Part shown: positions 21,063-31,276 of the stretch, in pieces
How the letters are laid out: each line of letters starts with the position of its first letter
How positions within the stretch are numbered: position 1 is the stretch's first letter
DNA from: an uncultured Atribacterota bacterium
GTDB lineage: Bacteria; Atribacterota; Phoenicimicrobiia; Phoenicimicrobiales; Stramentimicrobiaceae
Reading direction: 5' to 3'
Length of the DNA: 64,000 bases
NCBI GenBank assembly: GCA_964433555.1
Contig: CAYSRG010000005.1
Coordinates: forward strand, 10,141 to 74,140
Made by a program: the position numbers and the translations under genes
Notes under the pieces: generated by a model
What the model was told of the DNA's origin: nothing
What the model saw: only the letters and a program-made list of their open reading frames with translations
Databases searched by the model: none

Positions 21063-21956
21063 CTAATTTATAATGTTTTTTATAGCTTTGGTAAGTTCCG
21101 GATATTCTTCTAAAGATAGAGTTTCTCCTCTTTGATTTGGATTAATTCCTGCTTCTTCTAATATTTTTTCCAGCATATACTTTTCCAGGCTTTTTCCAAA
21201 ATATAATTTAAGAGCATTAGCAAGACTTTTTCTTCTATGCTGAAAAATAGCACGAACTATATCAAAAAATAGATCTTCGTCTATCACTTTAATATTCGGT
21301 TTCTGTAAAAAATGTATTTTAATCAGCAAGGATTCTACTTCTGGTTTGGGGAAAAAAACATTAGGCTTTACCAGATGTAATTTATCAATCCTGGTATAAT
21401 AATTTGACATCACTGATAGTAGACCATAATTCTTACTTCCAGGTTTTGCTAACATGCGCTCGGCTACTTCCTTCTGTACCATTACTACTGCAATTTTCAA
21501 TAGGCTCCTCATATCCATTATCTTTCTCAATAAAGGGAGGGAGATGGAATAAGGTAGGTTTCCAACTAATTTTTCGATGTGATAGCCTTCCTGTTTTTTT
21601 AGGCTCAGAAAGTGAGCTAAATCAAAAGTTAAAATATCCTGATATAATACCGTAACAGAATTACTATATGGAGAGAGTAGGTCATCTAATATTGGTTTAA
21701 GACGGGTGTCTTTTTCAAAGGAAAAAACGTGTTGCACGGCAGGAATTAAGGCTAAAGTTAACGCGCCTAAACCGGTACCAATTTCCAATACCGCTTCCTT
21801 TTTTTGTAAGCTTAAAGATTTAACAATAATAGTGGTAATATTATAATCTATAAGGAAATTTTGTCCAAACTTTTTTAGGGGTCGAAATTCATATTTTATC
21901 ATATATTCCCTTATTTTTTTAAGAGAAAGGAAGGAAGTAGGCGGCGATATGGACAT
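21063..21956 (-). CDS. rsmA: 16S rRNA (adenine1518/1519-N6)-dimethyltransferase RsmA/KsgA
   Basis: 297 aa. KKFGQNFL motif, SAM-binding EIGTGLGALT. True start probably the internal Met (MIKYEF...). Confidence 0.85.
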   Translation of the reverse strand: MSISPPTSFLSLKKIREYMIKYEFRPLKKFGQNFLIDYNITTIIVKSLSLQKKEAVLEIGTGLGALTLALIPAVQHVFSFEKDTRLKPILDDLLSPYSNSVTVLYQDILTFDLAHFLSLKKQEGYHIEKLVGNLPYSISLPLLRKIMDMRSLLKIAVVMVQKEVAERMLAKPGSKNYGLLSVMSNYYTRIDKLHLVKPNVFFPKPEVESLLIKIHFLQKPNIKVIDEDLFFDIVRAIFQHRRKSLANALKLYFGKSLEKYMLEKILEEAGINPNQRGETLSLEEYPELTKAIKNIIN

Positions 21957-22203
21957 GAACTTTTACCTCAAAATTATCAGGGGAGCAAGCTCCCTATAAA
22001 CCTCTCTATCTATTTCTTTCATCTATTTTTCCCTAATACTCTACCTGGAAATCTTGTATTTAATACTTTATCATAATCACAAATCTTTTGCCCTAAGGTA
22101 CAAAAAATTATAGTAAATATATACAATATCTTATAATCTAATCTAGCATATTTTGTTCCTTATCTAAAAACTTATGTTATAAATATCTTTGATGGAAAAT
22201 TAA

Positions 22204-22279
22204 TGGAGCCGGCGATCTGAGTCGAACAGACAACCTACGGATTACGATTCCGTTGCTCTGCCAATTGAGCTACGCCGGC
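22204..22279 (-). tRNA. tRNA-Thr (anticodon CGT)
   Basis: Reverse complement GCCGGCGTAGCTCAATTGGCAGAGCA...GATCGCCGGCTCCA. Anticodon loop AUCGUAA. CCA encoded. Confidence 0.8.
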
Positions 22280-22885
22280 TTAATAAGATTAGTTTTTATA
22301 TTAACAAATAAGACAGCCTTGCTCTTTTTCTAACACCATCTTACTACCAAAATATTATCCTGAAAACACCTAATCTCTTCCTTTCTTACTTAAGGAAAAT
22401 TTGCTTTATAGATAAGGTGATTCAGGAAATAGCCTGACCATATTTTTTCTCTACGGTATAATACTTTACCATAAAATCGCTTTTTCTTCCATCTCTTGTT
22501 TTTTGCTAATCCATAAAATCTTCCTTCTTTAATTTCACTAAACAAAATAAGTTAAGATTGAGGAATTGTTCTTCAAATTCACAAAATTCAAATCCTCCGA
22601 AAGGTGCAGCAAGTATATTATAACAATGAGCCAGACTATAACTTCTTATTTCATTTTTCTTAATTTTTCTTAGTTTAGCTATAGCAGAGAGGAAGATAGG
22701 CTGAACCAAAATTGACTTTATCTTTACTATGGTCTGAACATACGCTGTCATAAGCTATTATAAATAGCTAAGACAACTAAAACTTCTTATCACAATATTC
22801 GCAAAAAGAAAGCTTTTATTAGCTTCTCTTTTTAATTAGAGTATTTCTGATGTTATTATGGTAGAAATTCTGAAGAACAAAATAA

Positions 22886-22961
22886 TGGTAGGCGGAACAG
22901 GACTTGAACCTGTGACCCCCTACATGTGAAGCAGGTGCTCTGCCGACTGAGCTATCCGCCC
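22886..22961 (-). tRNA. tRNA-Val (anticodon CAC)
   Basis: Reverse complement GGGCGGATAGCTCAGTCGGCAGAGCACCTGCTTCACATGTAGGGGGTCACAGGTTCAAGTCCTGTTCCGCCTACCA. Resembles E. coli tRNA-Val. Confidence 0.8.
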
Positions 22962-22981
22962 ATTACTCTAAGATAAAAGGA

Positions 22982-23056
22982 GGTGCCTCCAAGGGGATTT
23001 GAACCCCTGTCGCCGCCGTGAAAGGGCGGTGTCCTGAACCCCTAGACGATGGAGGC
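22982..23056 (-). tRNA. tRNA-Glu (anticodon TTC)
   Basis: Reverse complement GCCTCCATCGTCTAGGGGTTCAGGACACCGCCCTTTCACGGCGG...TGGAGGCACC. Classic tRNA-Glu D-arm. Only CC of the CCA end is encoded. Confidence 0.85.
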
Positions 23057-23064
23057 ATAATACC

Positions 23065-23140
23065 TGGTAGGCCGTGCAGGCCTCGAACCTGCGACCCTCT
23101 GATTAAGAGTCAGATGCTCTACCAACTGAGCTAACGGCCC
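23065..23140 (-). tRNA. tRNA-Lys (anticodon CTT)
   Basis: Reverse complement GGGCCGTTAGCTCAGTTGGTAGAGCATCTGACTCTTAATCAGAGGGTCGCAGGTTCGAGGCCTGCACGGCCTACCA. Confidence 0.8.
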
Positions 23141-23257
23141 GCAAATAGGCTCCTTTATTACTTATTCTTTTTTATTGCTTTACAATGGTACTATATTTTA
23201 GAAAAAGTGTCAACGAAATTTCAAAAAATGCTTATTTCAAATACTAGTTCCTATTTC

Positions 23258-24595
23258 TTATTCAACTTCTTCTGGTATTCTGGCTAAGTTCTCAAAACGG
23301 GTATATTCTTTTAAGAAAGCTAATTCTACAGTCCCAGTAGGTCCATTTCTTTGCTTGCTGATAATCACCTCGGCAATTCCCTTTTTACTACTTTTTTGTT
23401 TATAATATTCTTCTCGATATATAAATGCTACAACATCAGCATCCTGTTCTAAAGCTCCGCTCTCCCTTAAATCCGAAAGACGGGGTCGTTGATTAGATCG
23501 TTGTTCTACAGCTCTTGATAATTGTGATACCGCTATTACCGGAACATTTAATTCCCGGGCAAGGCCTTTTAGAGATCGGGAAATTTGTGATATTTCTTGC
23601 TGACGGTTTTCAATTTTTAGTCCCGTCTGAATTAGCTGAAGATAATCAATAAGAATAAGACCCAATTCATGTTTAGCTTTTAATCTTCGGGCTTTTGCTT
23701 TAATTTCCAATGGTGATATTCCTGCAGTATCATCAACAAAGATAGGTGCAGCGGATAATCGGCCAGCAGCCAGAGATAATTTAGGCCAGTCTTCTTCCGG
23801 CATTATCCCCCTGCGCAAAGCATGGGTATCAATACGAGCCTCTGAGCATAACATTCTCTGTACTATTTGTGATTTAGACATTTCCAAACTAAAAATAGCC
23901 ACTGGAACCTTATGCTGCATAGCGGCAAATTGAGCAATATTCAGGCAAAAAGCTGTTTTTCCCATAGATGGTCTTCCGGCAACGATTATCAACTCTGAAG
24001 GTTGAAAACCAGTGGTTAATTCATCAAATTTTATAAAACCAGAAGGAACCCCGGTGATAAAATTTCCACTATGATATAAATCTTCAATCTTTTCAAAACT
24101 CTCTGTTAGCAAATCCTTAAGGGGGCTAAAAAAATTCTTAATTTTTTGTTGAGATACATCAAAAATAAGGTTTTCCGCCTTATCCAGTAATACCCGTGCC
24201 TCTTCCTGTTCTTCATAGCCCATAGTAACAATCTGGGTAGCATGATTAATTAATTTTCTTAAAATTGCCTTTTCTTCCACGATTTTGGCATAATAAACGA
24301 CATTGGCAGCAGTAGGGACACTGCTCATTAAAGTTGCCAGGTAAGAAGCGCCTCCCACTTCATCCAACTGCTTCATTTTTTTTAGCTCTTCCGTTAGAGT
24401 TACTAAATCTACTGCTTGGTTCTTTTCAAATAAATCAAGAGCACATTGATAAATTATTTGATGGGCGCTTTTATAAAAATCTTCCGGTTGTAAGATCTCA
24501 ATGCAATTTAATATGGAATCCTTTTCTAAAAGAATAGAGCCTAAAGTAGCTTGTTCCGCACTAATATTTTGGGGAACACTTCTGGTTAATTCCAT
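23258..24595 (-). CDS. dnaB: replicative DNA helicase DnaB
   Basis: 445 aa. N-terminal DnaG-interaction domain. RecA-like core with Walker A GRPSMGKT and Walker B LILIDYLQL. Confidence 0.95.
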   Translation of the reverse strand: MELTRSVPQNISAEQATLGSILLEKDSILNCIEILQPEDFYKSAHQIIYQCALDLFEKNQAVDLVTLTEELKKMKQLDEVGGASYLATLMSSVPTAANVVYYAKIVEEKAILRKLINHATQIVTMGYEEQEEARVLLDKAENLIFDVSQQKIKNFFSPLKDLLTESFEKIEDLYHSGNFITGVPSGFIKFDELTTGFQPSELIIVAGRPSMGKTAFCLNIAQFAAMQHKVPVAIFSLEMSKSQIVQRMLCSEARIDTHALRRGIMPEEDWPKLSLAAGRLSAAPIFVDDTAGISPLEIKAKARRLKAKHELGLILIDYLQLIQTGLKIENRQQEISQISRSLKGLARELNVPVIAVSQLSRAVEQRSNQRPRLSDLRESGALEQDADVVAFIYREEYYKQKSSKKGIAEVIISKQRNGPTGTVELAFLKEYTRFENLARIPEEVE

Positions 24596-24706
24596 CTTTT
24601 TTCTCCTATTTCTCTCTTATCTGTCTTATCTGTGTGGAAGTTTTTATTATTCCTTATCTTTCTGTTCTATTTTATCTTCCTCTTGTTTTTCCTCAGTGGG
24701 AACCTC

Positions 24707-25171
24707 TTATTCCTTCTTCATTTCCTCCTCAGGAATTATCTTAATACTTAACTGGGCATTTACTTCTTTATGTAAACGAACGCTCACCTGATAGTTTCCA
24801 ATTTTTTTCATAGGTTCATTATGCTCAATTTTTTTACGGTCAATCTCTATCTGACAATTATCTTCCAAATACTGGGCAATATCTTTATGGGTGATAGATC
24901 CAAATAATTTTCCATCTTTACCTGCTTTCACTGTAAAAACTATTTCCAGCTGATTAAGCTTCTCTGCTAATTCTTTTGCTTCCAATATTTCTCGATTTCT
25001 TTTTTCCCATTCTTTCTTCTTGAGATGTTCAATGGATTTCAAATTACCACTGGAATATTCAATGGCCAAACCTCTGGGAAATAAAAAATTTCGAGCATAC
25101 CCCCTATTAACCTCTACTACATCCCCAGTATACCCCAAATTATCAATATCTTCTTTTAATATAACCTTCAT
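24707..25171 (-). CDS. rplI: 50S ribosomal protein L9
   Basis: 154 aa. MKVILKEDIDNLGYTGDVVEVNRGYARNFL, the canonical L9 N-terminus. Confidence 0.9.
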   Translation of the reverse strand: MKVILKEDIDNLGYTGDVVEVNRGYARNFLFPRGLAIEYSSGNLKSIEHLKKKEWEKRNREILEAKELAEKLNQLEIVFTVKAGKDGKLFGSITHKDIAQYLEDNCQIEIDRKKIEHNEPMKKIGNYQVSVRLHKEVNAQLSIKIIPEEEMKKE

Positions 25172-25246
25172 AGACTGTACCTCCCTATGGTTCTCGGGAA
25201 AAATATTTCCCTAAACTTTTATTTTTCTTTCCTTATTATTTTTTCT

Positions 25247-26215
25247 TCAATCAGTTTTCTTCCCCGGAAATAATAATCTGCGAAAATCAAACCAAACATC
25301 GAGTATTCCTATCCAGGTAACCGCTAAAGATAGAAAGGGTAGAAAAAAGATCAAAAAACAGGTTACCCAGAAGAAAAAGGGTTTAATCTTGTAATAATAA
25401 AATATATAAGATACCAGGGCTAAACCAGTAATCAAAAAAATTATAGAGAATAATATTTGAATATTTACGCCCACCCTTTCCAATACAGGTAAATTATATC
25501 TAGCATTTATGATAAGCAGAAACATCCCCAGCATATAACTCCAAAAAAAGGAGTGCCCAACCCTCCATTGATGAAATGGGGTAAAGGGGTGGAGTAAATA
25601 TCCAAATCTCTTTAATATCTTCCCTGCTACCCAATAATTGATTATGGAATCAAACACTGATGCAAGTATTAGCATTGCTGGAAAAGCTATCTTTATCAAT
25701 TCTAATGACTGTAAAAGAGAATTTTTAAGAGTTTCTAACTGTTCAGGACTGATGTTAATATTTTGATAAAAAGATAGACTTTGATTGATGCTCTGATCGA
25801 GCTGTTCCACCCCAAGTAATAACGGATTAACTCCCACCAGCCATAATCCAATAAACATTAATAGTATTTTAGATATAAAAGAAGTAATACTCCCTATTAG
25901 AAGTATTTCAACTACTGAGAATTTTCTTTTTATAGCTATACCTAAAGCAATTCCCAGTATCCCAAAACCCAATACCGCAATCAAGCCCTGAAAGGGTCCA
26001 GCCATTAAAGTAACTAGAAAGAAAGAAATAAAAAGTGCAAGCAAAGCAACTTTTACATTATGTCGTAAACATAAAATAACTATCGGTAAAGGGCATAAGA
26101 AACTAATTAAAGTTCCCAGCAAAGGAATATAAAGGCTGGCTAAAAATAATAATGCTGTAATCGCTGAAAGAAAAGCACCTTCAACAATTGATTTAGTTGG
26201 CATATTATCTCTCAA
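25247..26215 (-). CDS. YybS-like multi-pass membrane protein (DUF2232)
   Basis: 322 aa, about 8 TM helices. Sits between rpsR and rplI as yybS does in Bacillus. No gdpP/yybT partner is present. Confidence 0.55.
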   Translation of the reverse strand: MRDNMPTKSIVEGAFLSAITALLFLASLYIPLLGTLISFLCPLPIVILCLRHNVKVALLALFISFFLVTLMAGPFQGLIAVLGFGILGIALGIAIKRKFSVVEILLIGSITSFISKILLMFIGLWLVGVNPLLLGVEQLDQSINQSLSFYQNINISPEQLETLKNSLLQSLELIKIAFPAMLILASVFDSIINYWVAGKILKRFGYLLHPFTPFHQWRVGHSFFWSYMLGMFLLIINARYNLPVLERVGVNIQILFSIIFLITGLALVSYIFYYYKIKPFFFWVTCFLIFFLPFLSLAVTWIGILDVWFDFRRLLFPGKKTD

Positions 26216-26267
26216 TAATCAAACAATCCCTTCTGTTTCTCCTCTACTGTCTGAATTAAAATGTTTT

Positions 26268-26504
26268 CTAACGATTAACAAAGGGGAGCAGGGCAACCTC
26301 TCTTGCTCTTTTTATTGCCGCAGCCAGGGTTCTCTGATGTTTAGCACAATTTCCAGTAACTCTACGTGGCAAAATCTTCCCCTGATCACTTATAAAACGA
26401 TTTAAAAGTTCGACATCTTTATAGTCTGCTTCTTTTTTTTCAGCACAAAAGTAGCAAATCTTTTTTCTTACTCGTAATCCTCTATAATTATTCCTTCTTA
26501 TCAT
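26268..26504 (-). CDS. rpsR: 30S ribosomal protein S18
   Basis: 78 aa. KKICYFC...[25 protein letters not shown]...KHQR signature. Confidence 0.9.
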   Translation of the reverse strand: MIRRNNYRGLRVRKKICYFCAEKKEADYKDVELLNRFISDQGKILPRRVTGNCAKHQRTLAAAIKRAREVALLPFVNR

Positions 26505-26594
26505 TCACCATTTCCTTCCTGTTTTCCATATCTTGATATCTTAAATAATCTAAATGTTTACTATTAAAATTACCTTACTAAAGTAAATTAAGAC

Positions 26595-26924
26595 CTATTT
26601 TTCTACTTGCGGTTTTTCATTCTGGGGTTTAACCACTTTTTCTGAGCCAAGAACCAGAAGATACCTTAATATCTTTTCTTCAAATCTAATGCTGTTTTCA
26701 ATATTAGCTATAAGCTCTGGTTCCAATTCAAAATCAATGATTGCATAGAGGGCTTCCTGAAATTTTTTAATTTCATAAGCTAATTTTCTTTTGCCCCATT
26801 GATTTGTTTTGATTATTTTCCCTTGATTGGTAGTTATCGTTTGGCGGATTTTGTCAAGTAAAGCCTTTACGTCCTCTTCCTGCAGATTGGGATCAAATAA
26901 AATCATTAATTCGTAATTACGCAT
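26595..26924 (-). CDS. rpsF: 30S ribosomal protein S6
   Basis: 109 aa. MRNYELMILFDPNL... canonical S6 N-terminus. No ssb between rpsF and rpsR. Confidence 0.9.
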   Translation of the reverse strand: MRNYELMILFDPNLQEEDVKALLDKIRQTITTNQGKIIKTNQWGKRKLAYEIKKFQEALYAIIDFELEPELIANIENSIRFEEKILRYLLVLGSEKVVKPQNEKPQVEK

Positions 26925-27064
26925 TTACTCACCTCCTTCTGGTCATAATAGCCCCTCCCCGGTATTTCGGTTAGGAGCAAGGAAAAATGCTTTATCATTA
27001 TAACATTCAGTATTTTATATATCAAGATTTATATTACAATAAATTTTCTAAAATAATCTTTTAC

Positions 27065-27253
27065 TCAATCTCTTTTAATTATCAGTCTAATCCTTCTTTC
27101 AATCTTTGCTCTGGGAACCAATACCTTTCTACCACAACAAAGACATCTTAATCCAATATCAATTCCAGTCCTGGTTATCTCCCAATGATATCCTCCACAG
27201 GGATGTTTCTTTTTTAATTTAACTATATCTCCTACTCTTAAATCCAGCGGCAT
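27065..27253 (-). CDS. small CxxC zinc-ribbon protein (DUF951-like)
   Basis: 62 aa. Motif DIVKLKKKHPCGG...W.I.R.G.D....C..CGR. A DUF951 gene precedes rpsF in Bacillus. Confidence 0.5.
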   Translation of the reverse strand: MPLDLRVGDIVKLKKKHPCGGYHWEITRTGIDIGLRCLCCGRKVLVPRAKIERRIRLIIKRD

Positions 27254-27269
27254 TGATTGCTCCTACTTT

Positions 27270-28553
27270 TTATACTTTTAAGATGGCGAGCAAACTGTCC
27301 TTTCTGATTTTCATTTCACTGGGTGAAAAGATGACCAGTTTTATCTTATGGTTTTGAAATATATTTTCCGCTAATTTTCTGATATCCTCTGCCTGGACAC
27401 TTTCTATACGGTCAATGATCTCCTGGTAGTTATATTCTTTATCGTATAATAGAGCATAACTTCCCAAGCGAAAAGCAAAGCTTAATGTATTTTCCAGTCC
27501 CATCAAAATGCTTCCCTTATACATTTCCTGGGCTATTTTTAATTCAGTATGAGAAATATGCTTTTCTTTAATTTTTTTTAGCTCATCTAAGATTTTTTGA
27601 ATACTATGCGTTAATCCATCAGCAATTACTCCAGCGTAGATATTAAATGAACCTGTTTGATCAAAATATTGGGGATAGGAATGTATATCATAAGCAAGTC
27701 CTTCTTTAACACGAACCTCCTGAAATAACCTGGAACTCAAGCCAGCTCCCAAAATTATATTTAGCAAATCCATAGCAATTTTATCACGATGAAACCGGGA
27801 AATGCCTTCAAAACCAAAGCAGAGATGGGCTTGTTTGACCCTTTTGTTTATTAGTTTTAACTCAGGAATTTGAGATACTGCTCCACCAATGGTGGAAACT
27901 ATTCTGGGCATGCCTTTCCTGGCAAGAAAAGGAAATTTTTCTAGCATAATAGTAATTGCCTTTGGAGAAATATTGCCGGTAATACTAATTACCATATTTC
28001 GAGGCTGATACATTTCTTGAAAATATAGTAATAATAATTTACGGTTAAATCTTTTGATAGTCCCCTTCTCTCCTAAAACATTTTGTCCCAATGCTGTATC
28101 CTTCCACATTAAACTATTAATTAAAAATACGATCCAATCCTCTGGAATATCCTGATATTTATTAATCTCTTCAATGACTACTTTTTTTTCCTGGCGAATA
28201 TCCTCTGCTCTAAAAAGTGAATTATTCAATATGTCGACCAACACTTCAAAGGCATCAGCAAAATTCCTATGTAATACCTTACTGTAAATAAAGGTGCATT
28301 CCTCCGAAGTAGAAGCATTAATTTCTCCACCTAACTGCTCAATAGCCTGAGATATTTCTAAGGTATTCTTTCTCTTCTCAGTACCTTTAAAAAGCATATG
28401 TTCAATGAAATGAGAAATACCCTGTTGATGTTTTGTTTCATAGATAGAACCGGATTTAATCCCTACTACAATTGAGACAGACTGCATATGTGGCATCAAA
28501 CAGGAAATTATTTGAAGACCATTATCCATTTTTATTGACTCAACCATACCCAT
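27270..28553 (-). CDS. M16-family (pitrilysin/insulinase-like) zinc peptidase
   Basis: 427 aa. Inverted zinc motif HFIEHMLFKGT (HxxEH). Confidence 0.8.
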   Translation of the reverse strand: MGMVESIKMDNGLQIISCLMPHMQSVSIVVGIKSGSIYETKHQQGISHFIEHMLFKGTEKRKNTLEISQAIEQLGGEINASTSEECTFIYSKVLHRNFADAFEVLVDILNNSLFRAEDIRQEKKVVIEEINKYQDIPEDWIVFLINSLMWKDTALGQNVLGEKGTIKRFNRKLLLLYFQEMYQPRNMVISITGNISPKAITIMLEKFPFLARKGMPRIVSTIGGAVSQIPELKLINKRVKQAHLCFGFEGISRFHRDKIAMDLLNIILGAGLSSRLFQEVRVKEGLAYDIHSYPQYFDQTGSFNIYAGVIADGLTHSIQKILDELKKIKEKHISHTELKIAQEMYKGSILMGLENTLSFAFRLGSYALLYDKEYNYQEIIDRIESVQAEDIRKLAENIFQNHKIKLVIFSPSEMKIRKDSLLAILKV

Positions 28554-28578
28554 GCCTTATAAATTATCTCCACCTTTG

Positions 28579-29406
28579 TTATTCATATTCCGGAAGTTTT
28601 ACTATATAAACTTCTTCCAATTTATTAAAGTCAACTTCTGGTTTGATTAAAATTCTTTGAAAAAGGTCGTGTTTTTCCTTTCTCACAGCTACAATCCGAC
28701 CAATGATAATTCCCTTTGGCACTGAACTGCCCATACCAGAGGTAACTACAATATCATTAATCTGAACATCCGCATCGTGAGCAATATAATCAAGATAACA
28801 ATAGGCGCTTTCAGTCCCTCCTTTTATTACTCCAATTTCTCTGGTCCTTTGAATCAGAGCACCCATTGAACAACCTTGATCTATCAATAAAATTACCTCT
28901 GAGGTGTTGTGTCCTACCTGAATCACTTTACCTACCAAACCCCTATAGGTAGCAACTCCCATATCTATCTCAACTCCATCTTTACTCCCCATATCAATAA
29001 TTACACTGTGAAACCAGTTACTCGGTTCTCTGCCAATCACCTGAGCTGGAATCATTTCATAATTATAATATTCCTTAAATTGCACCATTTTTGCTATTTG
29101 CTCATAGGCAGCCAATTTTTCTTTCAAAATGGCGTTCTCATGTAAAATCTCCCGGTTTTCCTGCTGTAATTGCCAATTTTTTTGATGTATACTCTCAGTT
29201 TGAGTAAATATTTGAAAATACTTTTCGAATCGGTTTACTACATTCTGAACAGTATAATTAACTGGCTTCAGGACTAAAAATCCTATATCTTTTAATAATC
29301 CCAAAACCCCCTTACCATGATAGTCAACAGTGATAAGCAGAGCTGATAATAACGAAAGGCATAAAAACAAGATAAATGCCCTTCTCTCTTTAGAAAGCTT
29401 TCTCAA
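28579..29406 (-). CDS. mreC: rod shape-determining protein MreC
   Basis: 275 aa. N-terminal TM, coiled coil, C-terminal beta domain. Immediately downstream of mreB. Confidence 0.8.
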   Translation of the reverse strand: MRKLSKERRAFILFLCLSLLSALLITVDYHGKGVLGLLKDIGFLVLKPVNYTVQNVVNRFEKYFQIFTQTESIHQKNWQLQQENREILHENAILKEKLAAYEQIAKMVQFKEYYNYEMIPAQVIGREPSNWFHSVIIDMGSKDGVEIDMGVATYRGLVGKVIQVGHNTSEVILLIDQGCSMGALIQRTREIGVIKGGTESAYCYLDYIAHDADVQINDIVVTSGMGSSVPKGIIIGRIVAVRKEKHDLFQRILIKPEVDFNKLEEVYIVKLPEYE

Positions 29407-29505
29407 TGAAAAATACTCCTATTTATTCTACCCTTTTTATATGAAAGTGAATAGCACACCCTTTTTATAGGTGACTTTAAAAGCATAAACCATCTGATTT
29501 AGTAA

Positions 29506-30546
29506 TCATTTACTCCTGGAGGTTCTTATGAGAATCCTATTATATCTGTCAAAATTTTCTAACGCTTCTCCAGTTCCTTTTACCACACAATACAGTGGTT
29601 CCTTGGATATAAAAACGGGAATTTTTATTTGTTCCTGAAGGATTTTATCTAAATCAGATAATAAAGCTCCCCCTCCGGTCATAATTAATCCTTTATTTAT
29701 GATATCAGAAACAAGTTCTGGAGGTGTTTTTTCTAAAGCCATCTTCACTGTATTGGCTATTACTTCGACTGAATCATAGAGAGCCTCTCTTAATTCATCC
29801 TTGGTTAATCTGATTCTAATAGGTAAACCACTGAGACGATCTCTGCCTCTTACCTCAAAATAATCTTGTTCTTTCTGAGCGTTGTTTTTGGAAAGTGCAA
29901 TTTTTAAATCCTCAGCAGTTAAATCTCCTATGAAAAGCCCATGGTTATCTTTAATATACTTGATTATTTGTTGATTTAAATAATCGCCAGCAACTTTGGT
30001 TATTTCGTTTACCACAATCCCTCCCAAAGAAATTACCGCTACCTCTGAAGTACCACCACCCATATCAATAATTAAGTTACCCATGGGTTCAAAAATAGGT
30101 AATCCCGCACCAATAGCCGCGGCAATAGGCTCTTCAATTAAAAATACTCTTCGTGAACCACATTCATAAGCAACCTCCGACACTGCTCTTTTTTCAACTT
30201 CAGTAACACCAGAGGGAACACAGATAGTAATAGAAGGCTTGATAAATTGATAACGGGCGAATATTTTTTCAATGAAATAGCGCAGCATTTCAGCAGTTAC
30301 TTCAAAATTAGCAATCACGCCATGCTGTAAAGGGCGAATAGTATAAATACCTCTCGGTGTTCTCCCAATCATAGACTTCGCTTCTTTCCCCACTTTCAAA
30401 ATACGATTGCTATTTTTTTGATAAGCCACTACGGAAGGTTCTTCCAGAATAATCCCCTTTCCCTTTACATATACTAAGGTGGTACTGGTACCCAAATCAA
30501 TACCAATGTTTCGGGAAAGAGTAAGAGAAAGAGAAAGGTTGAACAT
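29506..30546 (-). CDS. mreB: rod shape-determining protein MreB (actin-like ATPase)
   Basis: 346 aa. Actin-fold motifs GIDLGTSTT, DMGGGTSEVA. Confidence 0.9.
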   Translation of the reverse strand: MFNLSLSLTLSRNIGIDLGTSTTLVYVKGKGIILEEPSVVAYQKNSNRILKVGKEAKSMIGRTPRGIYTIRPLQHGVIANFEVTAEMLRYFIEKIFARYQFIKPSITICVPSGVTEVEKRAVSEVAYECGSRRVFLIEEPIAAAIGAGLPIFEPMGNLIIDMGGGTSEVAVISLGGIVVNEITKVAGDYLNQQIIKYIKDNHGLFIGDLTAEDLKIALSKNNAQKEQDYFEVRGRDRLSGLPIRIRLTKDELREALYDSVEVIANTVKMALEKTPPELVSDIINKGLIMTGGGALLSDLDKILQEQIKIPVFISKEPLYCVVKGTGEALENFDRYNRILIRTSRSK

Positions 30547-30890
30547 GTATAGAGCCTCTTTTAGTTAAGATTTTATTATAATAATATATAATTAATTTTC
30601 TGCTTTTCAGGAATATAAATTAACAGACATTCACCTGTATAACAGGTGATTTAAGATACTTAAACCGTTTTATTTAGTCATGAACACCTTAAAAGAAGGT
30701 AATCTTCAATACTGAAATAAATTATTTCCTTTGAGGTGTATCAGGGGTACCTTCCCTGAATACCTTGTCTTAAAAATATTATATGATAAATTCCATTTAT
30801 ACCTGAGTTATAATAATTTTAGAAATTATATACCCTTAGAATCAAATATAGCATTATTGTACCTTATTTAGTTTATTTAAAAAAGATTAT

Positions 30891-30931
30891 TTCATAGTAG
30901 GGGAAATTCAAAAAATTTCCCCTACTATGAA
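30891..30931. repeat. perfect 18-bp-stem hairpin / palindrome with GGGGA core
   Basis: ttcatagtaggggaaatt-caaaa-aatttcccctactatgaa. Lies in the 730-bp divergent intergenic region between mreB and the permease gene. Confidence 0.7.
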
Positions 30932-31276
30932 ATAATGATAACATGTTTTCTAAAATACAAAAAAATAATATTTCTTTCTACCGTAAATGATTTTTTATGT
31001 TATTATATTTTTAGACTATATTTCAAAGCCTCAAATGGATCTGGCGTAATTATATAATACATTCCATTTGTTTAGCAATCCAACTTTGACAATTTCATGA
31101 TTTTTTCCAGGCAAAAAATACCAGAACCATTATTTGCCTGATATTTTTAGTAAATATTTATTTTGAAAATAATAGCTAATAAGGCAAACTTATTAATAAA
31201 AATTATCTCAGATCAAGAGAGCAAGGTAAGATTCTATGGTCGAACCACAATCGATTCTCAGGTGGTGTTCTGATTC

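Noticed and set aside
22506-22751. 81-aa minus-strand ORF between tRNA-Thr and tRNA-Val
   Set aside because: No RBS, low-complexity composition, no motif. Likely a chance ORF in a tRNA spacer.
21957-23257. Integrated mobile element or prophage at the tRNA cluster
   Set aside because: No integrase, transposase, recombinase or phage-like genes. No flanking direct repeats of tRNA 3' ends were seen.
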